Assembly: GCA_951406725.2 (NCBI GenBank)
Contig: OX597829.1
Location: 48,856,001 to 48,920,000 of the forward strand
Length of the DNA: 64,000 nucleotides
Source of the DNA: Octopus vulgaris
Taxonomy: Eukaryota
Direction of reading: 5' to 3'
Both the position numbers and the translations under genes were made by a program. Each line of letters begins with the position of its first letter. The stretch's first letter is position 1. This document shows, in pieces, positions 53,845 through 64,000 of this stretch. The notes under the pieces are model-generated. The model made no database searches. It saw only the letters and a program-made list of their open reading frames with translations, and was not told the origin of the DNA.

Positions 53845-54420
53845 TGCCGTTGCTGCTGTTGATCTTCTGATTAAATTTGGTTTTACTGTTTCTTTCTTCT
53901 ATGACTGTGACTGAGGTTGTGTTCGTTTTTGCTACTGTTCAGATTCTGGCGAAGCTGTGGCTTTATTGTAATCCTGGAGGGCATCTATCTCCCATTGAAA
54001 TAACTCTGCTTTCATTTTGGATTGACTGGCTTCTTCCCGTTCTCTCATCCATCTGTCGTAGCGCGGTTCAGTTTAGTTTCTCGTCTCAATTTCGTTGCTT
54101 GACAAGGTCCCAGCTCCAGGGAGCTCTTTAGTAATCGAGAGGGAAATTTTGTATGTGTGTATGAGTGCATTTGAGGTTTGTGGGGGTTTTTTTGTGATGA
54201 AAGGCGAGGATATTGCAAGGAAGTTCAATTTTACATTAAGTATCGTATTCTGGTTGTTTGGGGAATGAGTGTTTCTACTAATGCCGTTGTTATTCGATTT
54301 GTTGTTGATGAAGATTTTGTTGTAGCAATCACTGACACTGCTTCAATAGTTGTTAAATCAGTTTTTAATTCAGGCTTTGTTTCTGCTGCTGCTGCTGCTG
54401 TTGTTGTTGTTGTTGTTGTT

Positions 54421-54906
54421 GTTAAGCAACAAGACGAGTAAGGGTGATTAGGTGATAGTCTAGGGCTTTTAAGGGCGGGAGATCCCAGACCTTGGAAAAA
54501 AAAAAACTTTGGTCGTTTTGTTGTAGTCGAGGGCTCTTCGTTGGCGCCCGACACCACCGGGAGGTGGCCCTCGAAGTCGCTGGAAATGGAGATCTCCAGG
54601 TCCAAATTCTTGAACGGCCTGTTGCTACTGTTGTTGTTGTTGCTGTTGTTGTTGTTGTTGTTGCTGCTGTTGTTGTTCCTGTTGTTGCTGCTGCTGCTGT
54701 TGTTGTTGTTGTTGTTAAGCAACAAGACGGGTAAGTGTGATTAGGTGATGGTCTAGGGCTTAGGGGCAGGAGACCCTAGACCTTGGGAAAAAACACTTTT
54801 GTCGTCTTGTTGTTGTCGAGGGCTCTTCGTTGACGCCCGACACCACTGGGAGGTGGCCCTCGAAGTCGCTGGAAATGGAGATCTCCAGGTCCAAATTCTT
54901 CAACGG
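54421..54906. repeat. Direct duplication of a ~195-bp GC-rich unit (54421-54619 and 54714-54906) separated by (GTT/GCT)n
   Basis: gttaagcaacaagacg...ggtccaaattctt(g/c)aacggc occurs twice. Confidence 0.9.
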
Positions 54907-55405
54907 CTAATGTTGCTGATGCTATCTTGGATGTGATGTTGGCAGGAGTTCAGGTCGTTTTACGCTCCATTTATGTCCATTGTGAACATAAAAACCTAGT
55001 GGTTAACGCAACCGCATTAATGGAACCCCAGTCTTCTGTTCTTTACTACATTATCCAGTTTTTGTTCAACTGAGAGTTCAGTAGAGAACAGAATTTATCT
55101 ATATCTTGTAGAGTTTGACTTGGATGATGACTTCCAACCCGATCCTGACCAGTTTCCCGTCTTTGGGCAATACTCGATCTTATTGTTGCTGATGTTTCAG
55201 ATACTTTTGTTAATATTTTTTTTTCTCAGTATTGTTTTTTTTTTTTGTTGTTGTTGTTGTTGCTGGTAGTGTTGTATTCTTTACTGTCATCATTGTTAGG
55301 CTTAATTTTATCGCTATTCCAATGACATCGCTCACAGTTTCAAGAGTAGCATCATGCACGCCAGAGGCTGGAAGGAAGACAGAATCAGAAGCCACCATCC
55401 TCCGT

Positions 55406-55467
<62 letters not shown>

Positions 55468-55724
55468 CTTTGCAATGTTTTTTTTTTTTTTTATTATTCG
55501 TTCACTCTTGTCTTGCTATGTCGAACATTGTTGGAAAATCATTCAACGCCTTCTATTTTCGCTTTCAGAGGAAATTAAGATTTCGTAGCTTTGAAAAAAA
55601 TATGAAAAAGTGTTCGCCCAACAGCAAGAGGAGGGGAAAATATCAAACAGACAGGTTCCCAAGGATGGTAAACAAAAATCTTACAGAGCCGAAAACCAGT
55701 TTTGCTTCTCCTACGCAATTAATA

Positions 55725-55727
55725 ATA

Positions 55728-55758
<31 letters not shown>

Positions 55759-55794
55759 CAATAAAATAATAATGATAACAACAACGACAAATCA

Positions 55795-55883
<89 letters not shown>

Positions 55884-55903
55884 TAATAATGATAATAATA
55901 ATA

Positions 55904-55938
<35 letters not shown>

Positions 55939-55987
55939 CAATAATAATAATAATGATAAATAATAATAATGATAAATAATAATAATG

Positions 55988-56054
<67 letters not shown>

Positions 56055-56152
56055 TAATAATGACAATAATAATAATAATAATAATAATAATGATAATAAT
56101 GATAATAATAATAATAATAATAATAATGATAATAATGATGATAATAATGATG

Positions 56153-56189
<37 letters not shown>

Positions 56190-56206
56190 TAATAATGATA
56201 ATAATG

Positions 56207-56276
<70 letters not shown>

Positions 56277-56371
56277 TAATAATGATGATAATGATAATAA
56301 TGATAATAATAATAATGATAATAATGATAATAATAATAATAATAATGATAATAATAATAATGATAATAATG

Positions 56372-56408
<37 letters not shown>

Positions 56409-56430
56409 TAATAATGATAATAATAATAAC
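55725..56430. repeat. (GAT)(ACT)(AAT)n compound microsatellite
   Basis: Direct reading. Confidence 0.95.
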
Positions 56431-57539
56431 TACCTGGACCTGTGAAAAATTCACGGAAAATATAAAAAAAAATGTAAGCATCTGTAAACAGTGTTACTGG
56501 TGCCATGAGAAATGTTTGTATATCATTGACCGTTTGTCTTTATGTTCTGAGTTCAAATTCTGTCGAGGTCGACTTTGCCTTTCGTCCTTTTGGGGTCGAT
56601 AAATTAAGTACCAGTTGTGTACTGGGGTCGATCTAATCAACTGCCACCCTCCCCACAAAAAATTCAGGCCTAGAAAAGTATATTGTGTCAGTTACGGAAT
56701 ATAGAAAGTAATGTAACACCAATGACTATATAATCCAACCAAAATATCTCAGTTACACAAACGTAAACGGAATTACTATTTAACCTTAGAATACATCGTA
56801 CATGTACAAAGAACCTTAATGTACAAATTGAAATGCAAAAGAACGAAATAATAAATGGATTTATGAATGAAAGTTTGGTAATTGCGTTTATTTCCACCAT
56901 GCGACACTTATTATTGCAAACATGTTTTAATTAAACTAAACTATACACACACAAATACATTCATATATATGTCTCGAGTTGTAGCTGTAATTGTCATATT
57001 CTGCGTGCGGTTGAACCTCCCTGAGAGCTACGTTAATGTTATGCATTTCTGTGGAGTACTCAGCCATTTGTAATTTAATTTTATCCTCGTGTGGTAATGA
57101 AAAGTGAAACTGACATCCAATATTTGCTGTGTCTATGTATCAATGTATGAACTTTTCTTTGGATTTATGTATCAGCTGTCTCTCTTTCTCTTTCACTTCC
57201 TTTGTGTTCCTTTTCTCTCCCGCTTTTGATTTGACAATGTGTATATGTATCTATGTATTTCCTTCTCTTGCGATGTGATAAACATTTAAAAACACAAAAC
57301 GAACGCCGTCACCACTCAGTGTCTCTTTCACTTTCTCTTAATCTCTCACTCTCTGTTTCTCCCTCTTACTTTCTCTTTCTTACTTGCTCTCTGTTCTTCT
57401 CTCTCTCTCTCTCTCGCTTTGCCACTTCTTTGAAATAAGTGTGACACACACATTAGGTACGTACAAAAACAAAATGTTAGCATATTAATATTATTGATGA
57501 TGAGGATAATAATAATTATTATATAAGATAATAATAATT

Positions 57540-57756
57540 TGTGGCTGAAGGAGATTGAAATAGGACGCTCGCTAGAGCTCCTACAGAAAGTTTATCTCTT
57601 AGAGACGGCAAAGATTATCAGGAATGTTCTAAGAACTTGAAAGACTGATGAAAAGTTGTGGATATCTAAGAATGAAATTATGTGGACAGCGGATAGTAAC
57701 CTGCTGTCTTCATATTTATTACCAAGAATAAGACCGGACGTCAGCCAAACTAACAT
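57540..57756 (+). mobile_element. Extreme 3' end of an RLE-type LINE between (AAT)n tracts
   Basis: SLELLQKVYLLETAKIIRNVLRT*, then a short UTR and (AAT)n. Confidence 0.7.
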
Positions 57757-57811
57757 AATGATAATAATAATAATAATAATAATGATAATAATAATAATAA
57801 TAATAATAATG

Positions 57812-57904
<93 letters not shown>

Positions 57905-57905
<1 letters not shown>

Positions 57906-58862
57906 TTTCATTTATTTGCCACAAGGGCGAAGGATGAGGGATACAATACAAAGACGGATATAATGAAATGATAAAAACAGTAAGTATACACGGTATACAC
58001 TGAAAAAGAAGGGACATATGAGTAGCTCATACAGATTAAAAAAAGTGGGTGGGAGGATGATAGAAATGTGGCCCTCCTGATATAGGAAGGCCTCTATGGA
58101 TAATCGAGGAATTCCACTGTCCGAGATTTCCCTGAACACAAAGAGCAAGTGCACTCTAATTAATTCTCTCCGATTTACAGGTCTACACTGAGAGAGGTAT
58201 CATCCACTCTTGCCATTTTCGCAATTTTCACCCGTCTTTCGATAAACTCACTCGGAGACAGCACTTCTCTCTTCACTCTCAATTTCCTTTTCAAGTGAAA
58301 CTTGAAGAAGTCAATGAGAGCTCTACCAAAGAGGAATGTATCTGTTCTCATGCCTTTCAGCTTTATCCACCAAACAACCTCTTTTGCCACAGCCACCAGG
58401 CAATGGAAAACTGCCTTGCCTGCCCAATGAAGGAGTGCGGCGGGTGCAATCATCACTACAGACTCGGCAGACAGACGGATCCGTCCCACACGTGACAGCA
58501 GCTTTTGGACATAACCCCATAAGTCAGCAATGCCCGGACACTGAACGAGGGTGTACAGAACGGTTTCGTCACTATGTGTGCACCTGGGACAAACCCGTCT
58601 GACAGCACATCCGTGCATGCAGAGTTTATCTTGAAACGGTAGCCCCCCCCCCGGTAGCACTGCCAGGCCAAGGACATCTGGAAATTATCCATGATAGTTC
58701 CCAAACGGAAAGTCCTCCAGAACAGACTAGCCAGTTTGTTCACATCGGCGCCCAGAGTCTTCCCGAGAACGTCGTCGTACTTTGCCACCACTAATCCTCT
58801 ATAAATTTCTAAAGCGGAACATTCACCGATCCCATTGCCCGACTGGTAGAGGACTGTGAGTG
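57905..58862 (-). mobile_element. Tx1/L1-like LINE 3' part (zf-RVT-like Cys domain plus 3' UTR)
   Basis: SLAWQCYRGG, then LPFQDKL..CPRCTHSDETVLYTLVQCP..LW..AKEVVWW. Stop at 58175, then a UTR ending aataaatgaaatc(att)n. Confidence 0.75.
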
Positions 58863-60529
58863 CCTATGTGAGACAATGGACTACATAATCTCTGGATGCA
58901 AAGTTTTAACACTTGTAGAATATAATTCAAATCACAACAGAGTTGGCCAATATCTACACTCGTTGATATGTCGGTATCATAACAACAAAACAGTTGTCGA
59001 ATGATATAAGTACCACCCCGAGGCTGTAACTAAGGGAGAAAATGTAACGATTCTTTTGGACTTTCCAGTACACATAGAGCCATCAAAGCTAGTAAACAAC
59101 CAGATATTTTTGTGAAAGACCAGAACAGTAAAGTCTGTTTATTGATTGATATGAGCATTTCTTGTGATCATGATATCCTTAAATCCTTAAAAATGTTTTA
59201 GCCCGAAGGCCGCGGCCATGCTGGGGCACCACATCTTAACAAAACAAAATATAAAGATCTGCTCATTGAAATCGAAAAAAAATGTGGTGTGGCGGTGTTG
59301 TATGAAGCTTGCTTCCAAACCACATGGTTCCGGGTTCAGTCACTGCATGACATTTTGGGTAGGTGTTTTCTACTATAGCTTCGGGCCGATCAAAGCCTTG
59401 TGAATGGATTTGGTAGACGGAAACTGAAAGCCCGTCGCATATATATATATATGTGTGTGTGTGTGTGCATGTGTGTGTGTGAAGGCGCGTGGCTTAGTGG
59501 TTAGGGCACTCGGCTCACGATTGTAAGGTCGTGAATTCGATTCCAAGCGACGCGTTGTGTCCTTGAGCAAGACACTTTATTTCATGTTGCTCCAGTCCAC
59601 TCAGCTGGCAAAAATGAGTTGTACCTGTATTTCAAAGGGCCGGCCTTGTCACACTCTGTTTCACGCTGAATCTCCCTGAGAGCTACGTTAAGGGTACACG
59701 TGTCTGTGGAGTGCTCAGCCACTTGCACGTTAATTTCACGAGTAGGCTGTTCTGTTGATCGTATCAGATGGGACCCCCGTCGTCGTAACCGACGGAGAGC
59801 TCCTATATATTGCATGTGTGTGTGCGTGCATGTGTGTGTGTACGTGCATGTGTGTGTGTGTGAGTGTGTGTGTGTGCGTGTGTGTATGTATGTATGTATG
59901 TATGTATGTATGTATATGTTTGTCCCACCACCATTGCTTTGACAACCGATATTGGTGTGTTTCCGTCCCCGTAACCTAGCAGTTCGGCAAAGGAGACCGA
60001 TAGAATAAGCACGAGGCTTACAAAGAATAAGTCCTGGAGTCGATTTGTTCGACTAAAAGAGGTGCTCCAGCAAGGCCACAGTCGACTGAAACAAACAACC
60101 AAACAAACAAAAGAATACAGGAATCTCAAGACGGTTACCATACCAGTGAATGTAGGAGCACTTGGAATGATCCAAAAAGGTACTGAAAATAATTTGAGGA
60201 TGATCCCTGGCTTATCATCCATACAAGAAGTGCAAACGATCGTTTTAACTGGTGTGTTGCACATATCGAGAAGAGCAATGTCGCTGTGAACTTTCTTTCC
60301 TTTCTCACTCTCTTTCTTTTCCATAAAAAAATTTTTTTTTCTTTTCTTTTCTTCCTTTTTTTCCCCTTATTTTTTAATCACATAACTTGACTTTGTAAAT
60401 GCACAATCTGGTGGGTTTTTTTTTTGTTTTTGTAATGGCTTATCAAAGTATACAATGAGTTTCTTTGCCCTATGTATCAGGAAGACACTCAGCAAGAAAT
60501 GGAAACAGAATTAAGAGAAGAAAAAACAA

Positions 60530-60530
<1 letters not shown>
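58863..60530 (+). mobile_element. R4/Dong family 2 endonuclease/3' end split by nested SINEs
   Basis: ETMDYIISGCKVL...LLIEIEKMW ends at ~59287. It resumes as NLKTVTIPVNVGALG...RRAMSL* (60122-60289), followed by a UTR and (AAT)n. Confidence 0.88.
59285..60100 (+). mobile_element. SINE A with a second SINE (head B plus tail X, 59482-59800) nested in its internal (TG)n
   Basis: SINE A head lies at 59285-59440 and its tail at 59920-60100. The inner element starts ggcgcgtggcttagtggttagg and shares its tail with 50580-50770. Confidence 0.85.
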
Positions 60531-61375
<845 letters not shown>

Positions 61376-62069
61376 AAATTGAACAAGGCGATGTTTGTGT
61401 GTGTGTGTGTGTGTTGGGTGGGGGAGAATAAGTAGTTAAAATGTCATGTTCATATACGTTATCGCTATTTCAGGCCAGGATTTCCTTAACAAGCCATTTT
61501 TGTATTTAATATTTATTGTTTTTTTTTCTTCCTTTTTCCCTATTTTTTTTTTTTTTTTTTGGTTTTTCTTTTATCAATTATTCTGAAAACTTTAAACTTT
61601 CCTGAAAGACAAACGAAAATAAATTGAAGTAACCGAAGGAAAATGAACAAAAAAAAAAAACAAAAAAAAAACCAACAAACAAATAAAAAATAACACCATG
61701 GCTGTTCAGTTGAGTAACCATAATAAATTGGAATTGGTAGAGAAGTTTCCCGAATACGGTATTTCTCAAGTGGAAATGGTTTTAAAGAAGATTTATATGG
61801 TATAAATGATCAGATGTGTGATTATACAGACGATATTGCGATTCGGTACCATGGAAGTGAGGAATACAGCAACGTTTTATTTCAATCACTTAGAAACAAT
61901 TTAAATGCCAACAGTTCCAAGTACACGCGTACACACACACGCACATACACACACGTTCTAACACACACACATAAATCCATTCATATATACGTACAAACAT
62001 GCATGCATATATTTATATACATACATATATAATATTTATATATAGATGAACACACACATCTCTCTCTCT

Positions 62070-62074
<5 letters not shown>

Positions 62075-62106
<32 letters not shown>

Positions 62107-62760
62107 TGTATGTATGTATGTATGTATGTATGTATGTATGTATGTATGTATGTATGTATGTATGTATGTGTGTATGTATGTATGTATGTATGTGTGTACG
62201 TATGTATGTGTGTGTGTATGTATGTATGTATGTGTGTATGCATGCATGTATGTATGTATGTATGTATGTATGTATGTTTGTATGTATGTATGTATGTATG
62301 TATGTATGTACGTGCGTATGTATGTATGTATGAATGTATGTATGTATGTATGTATGTATATATGTATGTATGTATGTATGTGGGTATGTATGTATGTATG
62401 TATGTATGTAAGTATGTATGCATGTATGTATGTATGTATGTACGTGCGTATGTATGTATGTATGAATGAATGTATGTATGTATGTATGTATGTATGTATG
62501 TATGTATGTATGTGGGTATGTATGTATGTATGTATGTATGTTTCTATGTATGTGGGTATGTATGTATGTATGTATGTATGTATGTATGTATGTATGTATG
62601 TATGTATGTATGTATGTATGTATGTATGTATGTATGTATGTATGTATGTATGTATGTATGTATGTATGTATGTATGTATGTATGTATGTATGTATGTATG
62701 TATGTATGTATGTATGTATGTACGTATGTATGTATGTATGTATTCATGTATGTATGTATA
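62075..62760. repeat. (TATG)n microsatellite
   Basis: Direct reading. Confidence 0.97.
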
Positions 62761-63048
62761 AACGAAACAAGCCAGTGAGATCCGTAAAGGTAGAGACCAA
62801 AAGAGTAAGACAATCCAATGGTAATCCGGGTGGATAGCTGGAATGTGGATGAGGAGCGGTGCTAAAGGGTCTGGAAGTGGTTAAGATATGCAAGTCCAAG
62901 AGAGTGGGAAGTTCAGTCAGGATCAAACTAGGGTAACCACGTGAGTGTATAAAATGTAGTTCAAACTTATAGAAAAACAAAAGACGAAGACAGATGTAGG
63001 AACAACAAGTAAGTGTATTAGTTTGACGCACGGAGTAAATGGAAAGGT

Positions 63049-63084
63049 CTTTCACGTTTCGAGCCTATGCTCTTCGACTGAAAG
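63049..63084 (-). ncRNA. Degenerate minimal hammerhead
   Basis: Reverse complement reads CTTT-CAGTCGA-A-GAGC-ATAG-GCTC-GAAACGT-G-AAAG. The core and cleavage site are mutated. Confidence 0.5.
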
Positions 63085-63676
63085 GGATAAAAGGAAATTA
63101 ATGGAGAGACAAAATGTAAGAAAAAAAAAATCGAGTTGATTTCAGTGGTCCAGCATTGCGAATGATTGCAAACCAAAAAAAAAAAAAGAGGTTGAATGAA
63201 AGGGAGATAATTCATGGTGATCTCAACAAGAGGAAGTGAGCAAATGTGTGTGTGTATGTGAAAATGGTGTGTGAGTGTGTGTGTATGCATGAATAGGGGC
63301 AAGTGAGTTTAACGCGTGTGTAATAGTGTGCGGAGTAGGTGATGAGTTGAACAGTGTGTATGGGTGTGTATAGTGGTATGTGTGGGTGAGGGTACCGAGC
63401 TGGAAAGTATGCAGGTGTGTCGGTGGGGGTTTGGGAGGTTCGGCCAGACGAAGAAGTGTGGCGGTGTCAGGCTGTGGGTCAGGCCGAAGGTTTAGAAAGT
63501 GTTTAAGCGCAAAAAGTCCTTCGTTGTGTGGGATCACCGTATATAAACTTTTGATATGAAGAGTGAACAGAAGTTGAGAGGGACCAGAAGGGAAGAAGAA
63601 AGAGTTAAATAGACACAGAGCGTGGTTGGTGTCGTGGAAGCAAGCCACTTTATCCACTCTCTATTTCCTCTTATTC

Positions 63677-63712
63677 CTTTCTGTTGAAGAGCGCAAGCTC
63701 GAAACGTAAAAT
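63677..63712 (+). ncRNA. Minimal hammerhead with A6U core
   Basis: TTT-CTGTTGA-A-GAGC-GCAA-GCTC-GAAACGT-A-AAA, with a GNRA-capped stem II, ACGT stem III and a GUA site. Confidence 0.6.
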
Positions 63713-63814
63713 ACTTTTCCATTTTTCCCGAGCGTCAAAGTAATATACCTGCCTGTTGTTTCTACACCTGTCTTCGTCTTTGGTTTTCTATCAATTTGAA
63801 CTAAATATACACAC

Positions 63815-64000
63815 TAGCGGTTCGGCAAAGAGACCGATGGAATAAGTACTAAGCTTACAAAAAATAGGTCCTGGGGTCGATTTGTTCGACTAAAAGCGGT
63901 GCACCGTCATATGGGCGCAAGCGTGGCTGTGTGGTAAGAAGCTTGATTCCATCCACATAGTTCTGGGTTCATTCCCACTGCGTGACACCTTGGGCAAGCG
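63815..64000 (+). mobile_element. SINE A tail fragment followed by the head of another copy (runs off the window)
   Basis: tagcggttcggcaaagagaccga..., then ggcgcaagcgtggctgtgtggtaag...gggttcattccc. Confidence 0.8.

Larger units (their letters stand above)
62760..63805 (-). mobile_element. Penelope-like retroelement remnant: RT fragment between inverted hammerhead-bearing pseudo-LTRs
   Basis: 63440-63640 (minus) reads LLFTLHIKSLYTVIPHNEGLFALKHFL..PDTATLLRLAE, matching the PLE RT motif D-x-x-SLYT-x-IP with the Asp lost. An RGYP motif lies near 62930. Inverted arms at ~62958-63095 and 63665-63802. Confidence 0.8.

Overview
This is AT-rich, repeat-saturated eukaryotic DNA, most likely cephalopod (octopus). 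That assignment rests on the tRNA-derived SINE families and the extreme microsatellite load. No intact host gene, rRNA, genuine tRNA or CRISPR array is visible, and almost all ORF-track entries are microsatellite translations. The window holds: (i) many decayed non-LTR retrotransposons of the restriction-like-endonuclease R4/Dong type sitting in (AAT)n tracts, plus Tx1/L1-like fragments; (ii) several modular tRNA-SINE families, some with clear TSDs; (iii) a non-autonomous Helitron and a Helentron/HINE-like element; (iv) a ~3.7 kb, 93-bp-period satellite grown from a SINE 3' tail. The most interesting signal is (v): more than a dozen minimal type I hammerhead-ribozyme motifs from about six or seven sequence families. 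They lie in short elements, often arranged as palindromes or inverted repeats and embedded in (TA)n. One pair flanks a Penelope-like RT fragment. The set includes a G3-C8 core-swap variant whose stem I covaries between copies, and a variant with a ~59-nt insert in stem II. All folds were made by eye, and catalytic activity is not shown.
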